A DNA stretch of 64,000 nt from Chitinophaga pinensis (GCA_945883545.1 CAMCXT010000001.1:78864-142863), one strand, 5' to 3'; shown: positions 1 through 10,302, counted from the first letter of the stretch. Numbers and translations are program-made. The notes: generated by a model from the letters alone, not told the origin.

Positions 1-169
1 GAATTAAGGAGGCGTTTGAACTCATTTATAGATTGGATTTAATCTTGATTTTGGATCGACTAAAGTAGTAAACACATCGCAAGGTTATCTGTTTTTAACT
101 TGTAAAAAGTTTCAAAATAGTGGTTGAAAATCAACTGCCTAAATTCTACTTGATCTTTACCTTTGCCCT

Positions 170-1216
170 ATGAAGTTTCTGCAGAAATCGCTCCCATTGC
201 TTTCAAGGCTCACGTTGATTTTTACGTTTTTGGTAATTCTTGCAGGCAGTGTGGTGCGCGTTACACAGTCGGGAATGGGTTGTCCCGATTGGCCTAAGTG
301 TTTTGGTTATTATATTCCACCTACCGATCCTGACCAAGTGAATTTCCATCCCAATCAAGCCTACACAAAAGGAATGATGGTGATAGTGAACGACACACTT
401 TGGAGAGCTAAACAGGATTTTTCTTCAACGGCTGCATTCGACCGCACATCTTGGGAAAAATATCCGAAGCACGATTATGCCGATTTCATCGTGTATCAAA
501 CTTGGGTCGAATACATCAATCGTTTGTTGGGTGCTTTGTTGGGCTTGTTTGTTCTGGCTGTAATGGTTGCTTCGCTCTTCTATTGGAAAACCGATAAGCT
601 CATTCCATTTTACAGTTTTATTCTCCTTTTTTTAACCGGCTTTCAAGCATGGTTAGGCAAATTGGTGGTAGATGGAAACCTTATTCCGCAATCGATCAGT
701 ATTCACATGCTGGCTGCGTTGTTGTTGTTGCTTTTTGTTCAACTGCTCTCGCATCGTTTAAAGCCAAAACTTGAAGCCCCTTCACGCACAACTTCTTTGG
801 CTTGGATCGCATTGGGCGCGGTGTTTTTAACTGTTGTTCAGGTGTTAATTGGAACGCAAGTGCGCGAAGAGATTGATGTTGTGGCTGAACAGCTTGGGCA
901 TCAGAGCCGCGAATTGTGGATCGGAGGCTTATCGTCGATTCTCACTTTGCACAAAGCGTTTTCGATGGTACTTGTGACGATCAATGGGATTCTGATTTAC
1001 CAGCTTTTGCAACAAAAATCAGCCTACAGAAGCAAACAAGCGAAAGTTTTAGGTGCGTTTATCGCTACCGAAATCATATTAGGGATAGTGCTTAATTACT
1101 TCAATATTCCACAAGCAGGGCAGTCGCTGCATTTGCTGGTTTCGTGCTTGATTTTTTCAGTACAATTCGGGATTTTCATTTCACTTCGTCAAAAGCGAGG
1201 CGTTATTTCCAACTAA
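170..1216 (+). CDS. ctaA: Heme A synthase (COX15/CtaA family), polytopic membrane protein
   Basis: 348-aa ORF with multiple TM segments. The N-terminal 'GMGCPDWPKCFG' Cys pair motif is characteristic of CtaA/COX15. Confidence 0.75.
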   Translation: MKFLQKSLPLLSRLTLIFTFLVILAGSVVRVTQSGMGCPDWPKCFGYYIPPTDPDQVNFHPNQAYTKGMMVIVNDTLWRAKQDFSSTAAFDRTSWEKYPKHDYADFIVYQTWVEYINRLLGALLGLFVLAVMVASLFYWKTDKLIPFYSFILLFLTGFQAWLGKLVVDGNLIPQSISIHMLAALLLLLFVQLLSHRLKPKLEAPSRTTSLAWIALGAVFLTVVQVLIGTQVREEIDVVAEQLGHQSRELWIGGLSSILTLHKAFSMVLVTINGILIYQLLQQKSAYRSKQAKVLGAFIATEIILGIVLNYFNIPQAGQSLHLLVSCLIFSVQFGIFISLRQKRGVISN

Positions 1217-1772
1217 GCGAACCGATCAGGTGGTCGATGTCTTTTCTGAAAAAATTCACTACCGGGTTGAGCGAATCGGCATTCGGACTTGCATTGAAAT
1301 ACAGCGATCCGCGCAGAAAGTGCTTCGAACTGTCGGTTAAATGGAACTGGATTGCTGATGCAGCATTGCCGGTAACTTCATAAATGGTTCCATAAACGTT
1401 TGCTTCAGGTCTATTGACCAAGATTTCTGAAATATCGTTGGCTCGAACGGTGTGTTTGTAGGTAATTGTGCGAGAATCTTCCAAGAGTTTAGGAAGGTTG
1501 TTTTCAACGGGCAAATAACTGATGTAAATCGTTCCTTTAAATTTTGGAAAAACGATATTTGGCCAACAAGGTTGGTTGCGACGCGGGTTTAGTTCAAGAT
1601 TTCCATACACTGGATATTCGAATGTATAAGGGCAATCGCTTGTGTATGCTTGATATTTCTTTTCAGGGAAATCGATTCTGAAATATCCTCTCGGACGAGG
1701 AATGGCATTTTCTTCAGATCCGCAGGATGCGAATACGACCAACATCAATAAACCAAATATGAACCTCTGCAT
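1203..1772 (-). CDS. Hypothetical lipoprotein (signal peptide with lipobox 'FASC')
   Basis: ORF 1203..1823 trimmed to the internal Met 'MQRFIFGLLMLVVFASCGSEE', which gives a signal peptide followed by Cys. Its end overlaps ctaA convergently by 14 nt. Confidence 0.5.
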   Translation of the reverse strand: MQRFIFGLLMLVVFASCGSEENAIPRPRGYFRIDFPEKKYQAYTSDCPYTFEYPVYGNLELNPRRNQPCWPNIVFPKFKGTIYISYLPVENNLPKLLEDSRTITYKHTVRANDISEILVNRPEANVYGTIYEVTGNAASAIQFHLTDSSKHFLRGSLYFNASPNADSLNPVVNFFRKDIDHLIGSLSWK

Positions 1773-1797
1773 GCTCGCAAAGTAAGGAAATTGCAAT

Positions 1798-2181
1798 TTA
1801 GTAATCGACGTTGCCGAAGTCATCTTCTGATGAGTGGTGATGAAAGTCGTCTCTACGACCAGCCAAAAGTGTGAGCGTGTCGGCTACTACTTCAACAGAA
1901 TAGCGTTTCACTTTGTCTTTGTCTTCCCAGGTGCGCGATCGGAGTTTCCCTTCGATATAAACGGTTGCACCTTTTTTAACGATTTTCTCGGTTACTTCTG
2001 CAAGGCCTCTCCAAAGCACGATGTTGTGCCATTCAGTTTGCTCGAGGCGGTTACCGTCTTTCTTATAAATTTCGGTGGTTGCCAATGGGAAATTCGCTAC
2101 GCGCACCCCGTTTTCTAAAACTTTAACTTCCGGGTCTTTCCCAACATTACCGATCAGAATCACTTTATTAACTCCGGCCAT
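1798..2181 (-). CDS. ssb: Single-stranded DNA-binding protein
   Basis: 127-aa ORF with an OB-fold SSB N-terminus 'VNKVILIGNVGKDPEV...NG..VANF' and an acidic C-terminal tail ending 'DDF..VDY', typical of SSB. Confidence 0.85.
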   Translation of the reverse strand: MAGVNKVILIGNVGKDPEVKVLENGVRVANFPLATTEIYKKDGNRLEQTEWHNIVLWRGLAEVTEKIVKKGATVYIEGKLRSRTWEDKDKVKRYSVEVVADTLTLLAGRRDDFHHHSSEDDFGNVDY

Positions 2182-2282
2182 ACGCTAATCTTTTCTAAAT
2201 GAGTATGAACAAATATAAAGATTATCAATCGCAAATACAGGCAGTTAATAATTTCTTCAAGCGCTTTTCAGCAGCCGAAAAA

Positions 2283-2675
2283 TTATTCTGTGAGAAGGGC
2301 CAAGAGAAGGTCGGCGCTCAATGGTTTTTCTTGAAATCCGAGTACATCGGGAATAGATTCAGCTCTACTAATGTCGGCGGGATCGATCGAAGATGTGCAG
2401 ATTTGCAATTTCATTTTTGATCTCGTTTCTGGTGGTAGATTCATGTAACCTTGCAGAAAACTCCAGCCATCGTATAGTGGCATATTGAGATCAAGGATAA
2501 TGAGTACGGGCAAAGTTTGTTTGTTTTTTACCCTTTCGAGGAGTGAATTGAGCGAATCAAGGCCATCGTAGAAGAATTCGGTTGTGGTTTCAATACCTGT
2601 TTTCCGAAGATTATTCTTGGTGATCATGTAAAACAGGTTGTCATCATCGATGATCCAAACGAGCGGTAATTCCAT
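2283..2675 (-). CDS. Response regulator, receiver domain only (CheY-like)
   Basis: 130 aa with a 'LILDLNMP..DG' receiver signature and conserved Asp residues. It is co-oriented with the upstream histidine kinase and abuts it by 1 nt. Confidence 0.75.
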   Translation of the reverse strand: MELPLVWIIDDDNLFYMITKNNLRKTGIETTTEFFYDGLDSLNSLLERVKNKQTLPVLIILDLNMPLYDGWSFLQGYMNLPPETRSKMKLQICTSSIDPADISRAESIPDVLGFQEKPLSADLLLALLTE

Positions 2676-5536
2676 TATTTAGGTAGATAAACGGTAAAGG
2701 TTGATCCTACTCCAGGGGTGCTATTCACTTCAATTTTTCCCCCTTGAGCTTCGATTTGATTTCGGGTAATAAACAAGCCAATACCTCTGGCATCTCGATT
2801 TCCATGGAAGGTTTTAAACATACCAAAAATTCGGTCTCCATATTTATTTAGGTCTATTCCCAATCCATTGTCGCTGATTGAAAACCAGCTCTGCCTGTGT
2901 AGTTCCCCTGATTGAATTGTAATGATTGGATGCTGATCTGGTTTGCGGTATTTGATGGCATTTGAGATTAAATTCAGCACAATACTATCTAGATATGCGC
3001 GATCGGTATTCAAGGTATAATCTTTTGAAATGCGAAGATCGAAATGCACATTATTGGCTTTTACATCGAGCGCAATGGCTTGAATTGTTCGATCAACTAC
3101 TTCTTTTAACTGAACTGTCTCATTGTGAATATTTACCCTCGATTGAATATTCAATAGTTCGTTGAGGTGACGAAGCGTGGAGTCTAAATTCTTGCTTGAT
3201 GATACGAGTCCATCTACAAACTGATGTCTAACTTCTGGTTCAGGATCTTCGGCTAAAATTGAAGCTATACCACTGATATTGCTGGAATGTGACCGGATAT
3301 TGTGCGAAACGATGTAAGAGAAATTGAGTAGCCTTTTATTTTGTTCGCTTACAATATTTAAGGCTTCGGTTGTTGCTTTTTCTTGTTCCTTTCTTCCAGT
3401 GATATCGCTAAAGGTATAGGCAACGAGTGTTTCATTTTTAGTTGGTCCGGTAATGCAAACAGCATTGGTAAGCAAAACTGCTACGCTGCCATCTGGCATT
3501 GGATGCATCATTTCGAATGATTCTTTGGAACCAATTTTTATCATTTCGTCGTACCCAACTTCATTGTTTCCATTGAGAAAGGTTGGGAAAAGATTATTGA
3601 AACTAAGCTTCTGCAATTGCTGCAGCGAACAGTTCATCAGATTTGATGTGTACCTGTTTGCATAGATTATTTTATTTGCATGGTTCACGATAACTGCACC
3701 AAACGCAGCATTTTCAAAAACAATTCTAAATCTATCACGGTCGCTTTCCCACTGCAAGCGCGAAAACACATTGCAGATAATTTCTCCTGCAAGTTTGAGT
3801 AAAGCAGCCTCGTTTTCTGTCCATTGTTTATGTTTAACCACTGAGTCGAAGCCATAAAAACCTGCAATTTTTCGGTTAACAACCATCGGCAAAACGAAGA
3901 TCGATTTTATATCTTGCGATTGAAGCAAATCTTTTAAAAACTGCAACTCTGCTGGCAAACTATCTACATCTGAAATATGGATTTCTTTGTTGTCCAGAAT
4001 CTGGTCGGTCCACCATTGAAGATCGCTAAAATTTATCCCTTTTAAATTGTCGATTTGTGGTTCAATACCTTGAGCACACCAATCGAAGGTGTTGTCCATG
4101 GTTTTTTCCTCATTGTTGAACTCGAAAATATAGCTACGGTCAACCGCAAAGAACTGCCCGATTTCTTCCAGAAAGGCTTGCAAGAGCTGGTTGAGATGAA
4201 GGGAGTCTGCGAGGATAAATTTTGAGGTGAAATCAGAAAGCAATCTGTAATATCGAGTTTGATTGTCCCGCTCAAGTTCAGATTTTTTCGCTTGGGTAAT
4301 GTTTCGAATTACAGCCATAACACGGTCGTTGCCGAGGGAGGCATATCGAGCTTCGAAATACCGAATTTCATCGGCAACAGTTAAAGTGTATTGGTAAGGT
4401 TCAACGATGCCTCCTGATGCAGTTACTTTGATTAAGTGCATCACAGCATTGGCTTCATTTTCAGCTAAATAATCCCTGACGTTTGACCCAATTACTTGAT
4501 CTTCTGGCAAATAAAGTTCTTGTGGGTATGGTGAGTAAAACTCAAGTACCGAGCCGTCGGTTTTAAGAATATACAACTGATCGGGCAGGGTATTTACGAT
4601 TGCCTTAAATCGAGTTTGTTGATTGAGTATTTCATTGCTTCTTTTTACCGATTCAGAAACATCTCGCTGCAATGCAACAAAGTTGGTATGGTTTCCAGCT
4701 GAGTCGAATAGCGGGTAAATTTGGATATGCGCATCATACGCCTCTCCATTTTTTCGGTAATTGATTAATGTGGTCTCTCCTTTCTCTTTGTTTTCAATAG
4801 CACTTCGGAGAATCATTCTTCCACCGTCGTTGGTAGCAGGCCCTTGGAGTAAGCTTCCTGGTGTTTTGTTTTGGGCCTCTTCTAATTCGTAACCAGTAAT
4901 CTGAGTAAATGCATTGTTGACCCATTCGATTTTACCCGATTTATCGGTGATGATAACTGCATTGTCGGTATGGGTCGCTAAAAGTGAAAGGCGCTCAAAT
5001 TCATTATTTATTTCTTTGATTTCTAAAACTTGAAGAAGATTGAGTCGAGCTTTACCGAAAACTTTACAAACAAACTCAAAGAGTTTTTTTTGCAAATCAG
5101 TAAAGGCATCTGGCCTTCTGCTTACGACTCCGAAAACACCAATGCATTTTTCGTGTACATAAATCGGCTGATAAAGGCGGCTTCTAACGTTAAATGACCT
5201 TGGGCTATCGACCGTATTGTTGTTTGGGTCATTTTCGGTATCTGGTACATAAATCTGAAGGCCTGTTTTAAAAACCTTCCCAGGATGTCTGTCCATTGCT
5301 GTCTTTTCAGCAACCAATCGCTCCTCTTCAGAAAAACCGCGCGCAATTTTAAGATCTAAGCTTTGCGATTTAGAATTGTAAATGTATAGGCCAGAATAAT
5401 CGAATGGAATTAATTCCTCGAAAATCGAGTCAACTATGGTCAAAAGCTCTTTTTCAGATCCTGCAGAGAATAATTTTTTCTGAATCTCAATGCATTTGTC
5501 TAACAGCTCGATTTTATGTGCATCATTTTGATCCAT
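2675..5536 (-). CDS. Hybrid sensor histidine kinase with PAS/GAF sensory domains and HisKA/HATPase_c
   Basis: 953 aa with multiple PAS-like and GAF-like segments. The H-box 'VSHNIRSH' and the C-terminal ATPase motifs 'DNGLGID' and 'G.GLGL' are present. Confidence 0.8.
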   Translation of the reverse strand: MDQNDAHKIELLDKCIEIQKKLFSAGSEKELLTIVDSIFEELIPFDYSGLYIYNSKSQSLDLKIARGFSEEERLVAEKTAMDRHPGKVFKTGLQIYVPDTENDPNNNTVDSPRSFNVRSRLYQPIYVHEKCIGVFGVVSRRPDAFTDLQKKLFEFVCKVFGKARLNLLQVLEIKEINNEFERLSLLATHTDNAVIITDKSGKIEWVNNAFTQITGYELEEAQNKTPGSLLQGPATNDGGRMILRSAIENKEKGETTLINYRKNGEAYDAHIQIYPLFDSAGNHTNFVALQRDVSESVKRSNEILNQQTRFKAIVNTLPDQLYILKTDGSVLEFYSPYPQELYLPEDQVIGSNVRDYLAENEANAVMHLIKVTASGGIVEPYQYTLTVADEIRYFEARYASLGNDRVMAVIRNITQAKKSELERDNQTRYYRLLSDFTSKFILADSLHLNQLLQAFLEEIGQFFAVDRSYIFEFNNEEKTMDNTFDWCAQGIEPQIDNLKGINFSDLQWWTDQILDNKEIHISDVDSLPAELQFLKDLLQSQDIKSIFVLPMVVNRKIAGFYGFDSVVKHKQWTENEAALLKLAGEIICNVFSRLQWESDRDRFRIVFENAAFGAVIVNHANKIIYANRYTSNLMNCSLQQLQKLSFNNLFPTFLNGNNEVGYDEMIKIGSKESFEMMHPMPDGSVAVLLTNAVCITGPTKNETLVAYTFSDITGRKEQEKATTEALNIVSEQNKRLLNFSYIVSHNIRSHSSNISGIASILAEDPEPEVRHQFVDGLVSSSKNLDSTLRHLNELLNIQSRVNIHNETVQLKEVVDRTIQAIALDVKANNVHFDLRISKDYTLNTDRAYLDSIVLNLISNAIKYRKPDQHPIITIQSGELHRQSWFSISDNGLGIDLNKYGDRIFGMFKTFHGNRDARGIGLFITRNQIEAQGGKIEVNSTPGVGSTFTVYLPK

Positions 5537-5545
5537 GGTGAAAAA

Positions 5546-5968
5546 TTAAACAATAGCCTCAAGTGCTGCATTTGCGCATTGTTCATCCATTTTATAGTGC
5601 CCCCCGCTTACGCCAATTGCTCCTACCAACTGATCGTTAATATATATTGGCAACCCACCGCCTAGCAAGATAAAATTTGGCAAATCATGGACTCCATTTT
5701 CTAAAATTGGGTCTCCTTGGATAAATGACTGCCATGCTTCTCCGGTTGCCATTCCAAAGCCTACTGCGGTAATAGCTTTCTTTTTTGCAGTTTCGATTGA
5801 AATTAATGGTGCTCCATCCATTCGAAGAAATGTTTTGATCTGACCACTTTCATCAACTACACATACACTGATGGAAAATCCTAATTGTGTTGCCTTTTCT
5901 GTCGCCTTCTCAACTAGCTTCATTGCAGCTTGGCTAGAAACAGTTTCCTTTTTAAAAGTTTTATTCAT
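5546..5968 (-). CDS. DUF336/GlcG-like (heme-binding HbpS-like) protein
   Basis: 140 aa. The 'VCVVDESGQ...RMDGA' and 'GGGLPI..DQLVGAIGVSGG' motifs match the GlcG/DUF336 family. Confidence 0.6.
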   Translation of the reverse strand: MNKTFKKETVSSQAAMKLVEKATEKATQLGFSISVCVVDESGQIKTFLRMDGAPLISIETAKKKAITAVGFGMATGEAWQSFIQGDPILENGVHDLPNFILLGGGLPIYINDQLVGAIGVSGGHYKMDEQCANAALEAIV

Positions 5969-6163
5969 ACTCGGTGATTGTATTTGTCAGCGGTAATATA
6001 CTTACTTTATGTCACCAATGTTTCTTCAAATCAAAGAATAATCAATAAAATCTGCATAGCTTTAACAACTAGAAAAAAAGAAACATAAGGCGATTTTTGA
6101 GATATTTAATATAGCAATAGGTTTTTTGTTTTTAAGTTTTGTCTTCAATCATTAATAACAATA

Positions 6164-7822
6164 TTAGATGTTTAGAACGAAGCACCCGTTACAACTTTTG
6201 TCATCTACTTCAAATGAAGCTAGAACTGTCCAGTTTTGATCTTCTTTGCAGATTTCGTCACTTAAAAAGATGTTAATTTTATTCAACCCTGTTTTGAGAG
6301 AGGCTCCATATTCAAGTTGCACTTTTTTACCCATAACAGGTCTGGTCTTTGAAGTATAACCATGTTTATGCAAAGCTGCAACTAAGCACAAATTGCCAAT
6401 CACTCTAATGGCTGTGGGCATTGAAACGAAATCAACACTTGAAATAAAATCCACAGTCGCATTAAATTTATTTTCCCCGATTTGATTGAATTCAAGGATA
6501 GTATATCTGTCGTTTTCGATTTCGGTATGTAAATAGTCGCTTTTTAAGGCTTCAAATAATTCTCTTGAAATGGGTTGCTCAAATTCACGTTGAATCGTTT
6601 TTTTCCAGTAATGGTTTTGCATCATTAACCTTGAAAATGCTGATTCTGCTTCTGTTATTTTTATAGCACCTTCTTCCCAAAGTAACCAAGCCGGAGCGAT
6701 TCGACCGTTAAAACTATTTGACAAAGCAAATGTGTAGGCTCCAACATTGGTTATGAGAAGTCGATCATCTTTTTTTATATCCTTTAAGCAAGTGCTTTCA
6801 AGCAAGTTGTCTCCTGCAAAGCACAAAGGCCCTGCTAATGTGTCATTTCCATTAAATGGCAATGGGCTGCCTGAAGAGGATACTACCTTATGAGGCCAAT
6901 GTAAAAGGGTGATTTTCGCTAACTGGTCTGTTCCTACATCACAGATGCCCCAGGTTTTTCCTCTTGAATGCTTGATCGATTTTACTGTAGTTATTAGTCC
7001 AACAGCATCACCAACCAGCGCATGTCCAGGTTCGGTGTAGTATTCATAATTCTTTTGTTTTAACTGGTTTAATCTGCTAGTCCAGTCAAATATCGAAGGA
7101 AAATTATCTTGATCATTAAAGGGAATACCTAATCCTCCGCCTATGTCTAGATGTTTTATTGGGTGGCCAAGCTCTGTAGCGAGGTTGGCATTTTCATGCA
7201 AACTGTTTAGGGCGGAAACAAAGGAATCTAAATTGTCCATTTGAGTTCCCACATGCAAATGTAAGCCTGAAATTTTTAAGGTGATCTTGCTTAACAATTC
7301 AGGCAGGTCTTCTTCAGGAATTCCAAATTTTGAAGAAGATGAACCATGAGCCATTAGCTCCTGATTTTTCGAGGTTTTACTGTAGCTAACATTTTGTTTG
7401 GGATTGATTCTTATCCAAATTTGCCCTTTGCCTGAATCTTGACTGTTGTCTATTTCTTTTAGAAGATCAACATCGTCACAAACCCAAATTCCACCATTAT
7501 CAAGTACGATTTTAACAGTCTTGAAATCCTGTGAAGGAGAATTGTATGCAATGTTTTCCCATTTAAAACCTGATATTAAAGCTAGATTTATTTCAGATAA
7601 GCTTGAGCAGTCTGCACCGCATCCTTCTTCTGCTATACATTCTAATACCGCTGGAGCAGGATTGCACTTCACAGGATACAAAATCCTAAATGCAGAATTT
7701 GTGAAACTCAAGAATTGCCTAACATTTTCCTTGATTTGTTGCTTTCCGATAACCCATATCGGACTGCCAAATCGACTCGCCAACTCATTTATATCAAGTT
7801 CCTCATGCCATTGCCTTTTCAT
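6164..7822 (-). CDS. PLP-dependent Orn/DAP/Arg decarboxylase family protein (fold type III) with an extra ~150-aa C-terminal domain
   Basis: The N-terminal ~400 aa carries 'YPVKCNPAPAVLE..GCG.DC.S', 'DIGGGLGIPF' and 'EPGHALV', the hallmark motifs of DAP/ornithine decarboxylases. The C-terminal 150 aa are unrelated and possibly hotdog-like. Confidence 0.65.
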   Translation of the reverse strand: MKRQWHEELDINELASRFGSPIWVIGKQQIKENVRQFLSFTNSAFRILYPVKCNPAPAVLECIAEEGCGADCSSLSEINLALISGFKWENIAYNSPSQDFKTVKIVLDNGGIWVCDDVDLLKEIDNSQDSGKGQIWIRINPKQNVSYSKTSKNQELMAHGSSSSKFGIPEEDLPELLSKITLKISGLHLHVGTQMDNLDSFVSALNSLHENANLATELGHPIKHLDIGGGLGIPFNDQDNFPSIFDWTSRLNQLKQKNYEYYTEPGHALVGDAVGLITTVKSIKHSRGKTWGICDVGTDQLAKITLLHWPHKVVSSSGSPLPFNGNDTLAGPLCFAGDNLLESTCLKDIKKDDRLLITNVGAYTFALSNSFNGRIAPAWLLWEEGAIKITEAESAFSRLMMQNHYWKKTIQREFEQPISRELFEALKSDYLHTEIENDRYTILEFNQIGENKFNATVDFISSVDFVSMPTAIRVIGNLCLVAALHKHGYTSKTRPVMGKKVQLEYGASLKTGLNKINIFLSDEICKEDQNWTVLASFEVDDKSCNGCFVLNI

Positions 7823-7885
7823 GCCTGTTATTCATTTAGGCCAAAGAAAAACAAATAGAATAATGTAAAGACTAAGGATTAACTC

Positions 7886-8923
7886 TCATTGCGCTTCCAA
7901 ATATCTTGTTATTGCTCTCGGGAATGCCAACTTGTTAAGATCCGACAGATGAATTACTTCATAGTGTTCCCATTGTTTATTTGGCAGTTTTTCTCCTTCG
8001 AAATGGTAAAATCCAATGATCAATTCTCGGTGTGTGAGTAAGTGCCGAATATTGGTTTGAACCTTCTTAAGTGTCATACTTTCCGTTCCGGGGATGTTGA
8101 GAGCGTGAGGTTCCACTGGGCCATCAGTTTCGAGAAGTGGGAATTGATACAATCCCTTCCAGATGTCGTTTGTAGCTCTTCTTGAAACCAGCACACGATT
8201 ATCTAAATCTTTAAAAATGATGAAATGTAGGAAACGTGTTTTCACCTTTGTTTTTTCGCCCTTTACAGGAAAATCGTGCTGCTTCCCAGCTGAAAATGCT
8301 CCGCAATGTTGATTTAACACACATGTTTCACAACTCGGATTGCGTGGCTTGCATACGGTAGCGCCGAGTTCCATCATGGCTTGATTGAATGTTCCCGGAT
8401 CTTTCCGATCGAGCAGTAAGTTGCTGATTTCTTGGATTTTCTTTTTCCCCGGAGGGAGAAGAGGATTTTCTTGAACCTCGAAAAGTCGTGAAATAACGCG
8501 GTTTACGTTACCATCGACGGCCGCATGAGGCATACCGAAAGCAATGGAAGCTACTGCTGCCGCTGTGTAATCGCCAACGCCTTTCAAATTTCGGATGTCT
8601 TGATAGGTTTTCGGAAACTTCCCGTTGTGTTCTGCCACCACCGATTTTGCAGCCGCATGCAGGTTTCGAGCTCTTGAGTAATATCCCAATCCTTGCCAAC
8701 TTAGCATCACATCTTCTTCTGAAGCCATCGCTAAATCGGCAACCTCGGGATACTTTTCTGTGAACTTGTGGTAATAGGCTGTACCTTGATCGACCCTGGT
8801 TTGTTGCAGGATAACTTCCGACAGCCAAATGAAGTATGGATTTCGGGAATTTCTCCACGGCAGATTGCGTTTATTTTGGTTGTACCAGTCGATCAAAAGG
8901 ACCGAAATTGGGTGTTTTTCCAT
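7886..8923 (-). CDS. mutY: A/G-specific adenine DNA glycosylase MutY
   Basis: 345 aa with an HhH-GPD domain, a 4Fe-4S cluster loop 'C..C....HC.A' and a C-terminal NUDIX-like domain. Confidence 0.85.
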   Translation of the reverse strand: MEKHPISVLLIDWYNQNKRNLPWRNSRNPYFIWLSEVILQQTRVDQGTAYYHKFTEKYPEVADLAMASEEDVMLSWQGLGYYSRARNLHAAAKSVVAEHNGKFPKTYQDIRNLKGVGDYTAAAVASIAFGMPHAAVDGNVNRVISRLFEVQENPLLPPGKKKIQEISNLLLDRKDPGTFNQAMMELGATVCKPRNPSCETCVLNQHCGAFSAGKQHDFPVKGEKTKVKTRFLHFIIFKDLDNRVLVSRRATNDIWKGLYQFPLLETDGPVEPHALNIPGTESMTLKKVQTNIRHLLTHRELIIGFYHFEGEKLPNKQWEHYEVIHLSDLNKLAFPRAITRYLEAQ

Positions 8924-9063
8924 AGGCTAAGTCAACAACGACGGGCAAAATAATGTTTTCTAAAAAACTTTTTCTTAGAAAAGGAAAACGCATATCTTTG
9001 CAGCCCGTTTTTAGAAACGCTAACATCCACAGTTACAAATAAATCAAACATAATCAAACAGCC

Positions 9064-9351
9064 ATGACCAAAGCTGAAATCGTTGCAGAAATTGCTGAGA
9101 AGACCGGAATTGAAAAAGTAACCGTTCAGGCTACTGTTGAAGCATTCATGAAAAGTGTAAAAACGAACTTATCGCAAGGTAAAAATGTTTACCTACGTGG
9201 ATTCGGAAGCTTCATTGTAAAGAAACGTGCTGCTAAGAAAGGCCGTAACATCTCTAAAAACACTACAATCGTTATTCCTGAACATTTCATCCCATCTTTC
9301 AAACCAGCTAAAACGTTTGCTGAGAAAGTGAAGAAGTCTGTTAAGGCTTAA
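9064..9351 (+). CDS. hup: HU family DNA-binding protein
   Basis: 95 aa, with 'MTKAEIVAEIAEKTGI...GFGSF' typical of HU/IHF. Confidence 0.85.
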   Translation: MTKAEIVAEIAEKTGIEKVTVQATVEAFMKSVKTNLSQGKNVYLRGFGSFIVKKRAAKKGRNISKNTTIVIPEHFIPSFKPAKTFAEKVKKSVKA

Positions 9352-9366
9352 GTACTTCTAAATCTG

Positions 9367-10191
9367 ATGAATTCTCGTCAACTGATTGTTGTTTCTGCTT
9401 GTGTCTTGATTGGTGCTGCGGTGTATCTCTTACCGAGAAATGCAGAACACAATCATGAAGATCACGCGCAAGAATCAGTCGAAGGGAATGCATCGTTCGA
9501 GTCGCAACTCGTAGAAGTAAAAAAACAAACGCCAGCTGAAGTATTGGCGGGCATTGAGTTCTTTGAAGGGAAGTTAAAAACTGAAAGCGGAAAAGCTAAG
9601 GTGCAATTTCTAGATTCTTTGCGGTCTGTTTGGGACCGACAAATGCGTCCAGGAATTGCCGCTGAATATGTGCTTCAGAAAGCCGAAATACTTAACGATG
9701 CAGCATCATGGAAAGATGCAGGTATTCGTTTCTTAGGCATTTCAAGGTTTTTTGAAGGTGCCGACAAAGATGCACTTGCTAACCGTGCTGTTTCTTGTCT
9801 TGAAAAAGCACAGAAAATGGCTCCTGAAGATGTTGAAATCAAAACACAATTGGGCATCGCATATGTAGAAGGAAGTGCACAACCTATGCAAGGCATCACG
9901 CTTTTGCGGGAAGTTGTTGCTGCCGATTCAACAAACACCGATGCACAGCTTAGTCTTGGCTTTTTCTCTATGAAAAGCGGCCAGTACGACAAAGCTGTGA
10001 AACGTTTCAAAACAGTGATTAGACTTCGTCCGGATCTTCCAGAAATGTATCTCTATCTTGCAGATGCACTTTCGATGGAAGGCAACAAAGATGCAGCCCT
10101 AAAAGAGCTCGACAAATTGACCAAAATCTCCAAAGACACGATCCTCCTCAATGAGGCTAAATCGCGGAGAGCAAACATTTTACAGAACTAA
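9367..10191 (+). CDS. Tetratricopeptide-repeat protein with N-terminal membrane anchor
   Basis: 274 aa with an N-terminal hydrophobic segment and TPR-like helical repeats. Conserved neighbour of hup/rng in Bacteroidota. Confidence 0.6.
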   Translation: MNSRQLIVVSACVLIGAAVYLLPRNAEHNHEDHAQESVEGNASFESQLVEVKKQTPAEVLAGIEFFEGKLKTESGKAKVQFLDSLRSVWDRQMRPGIAAEYVLQKAEILNDAASWKDAGIRFLGISRFFEGADKDALANRAVSCLEKAQKMAPEDVEIKTQLGIAYVEGSAQPMQGITLLREVVAADSTNTDAQLSLGFFSMKSGQYDKAVKRFKTVIRLRPDLPEMYLYLADALSMEGNKDAALKELDKLTKISKDTILLNEAKSRRANILQN

Positions 10192-10212
10192 TTTTTAAAA
10201 AATTCATTCATC

Positions 10213-10302
10213 ATGCCAAGCGGAAAAAAGAGAAAACGTCATAAGATGGCCACTCACAAGCGCAAAAAGCGTCTGCGTAAAAACCGTCATAAGAAGAAGT
10301 AA
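10213..10302 (+). CDS. Small (29 aa) Lys/Arg/His-rich basic peptide ORF (MPSGKKRKRHKMATHKRKKRLRKNRHKKK)
   Basis: ATG..TAA ORF that I read from the sequence. It falls below the ORF-track size cutoff and sits in the intergenic space between the TPR gene and rng. Confidence 0.4.
   Translation: MPSGKKRKRHKMATHKRKKRLRKNRHKKK

Noticed and set aside
1144-1383. 79-aa plus-strand ORF
   Set aside because: It overlaps the ctaA C-terminus and the convergent lipoprotein gene, with no support.
7446-7868. 140-aa plus-strand ORF
   Set aside because: It is antisense within the well-supported decarboxylase gene.
8508-8858. 116-aa minus-strand ORF
   Set aside because: It lies in an alternate frame inside mutY and has Arg/Cys/Ser-rich biased composition.
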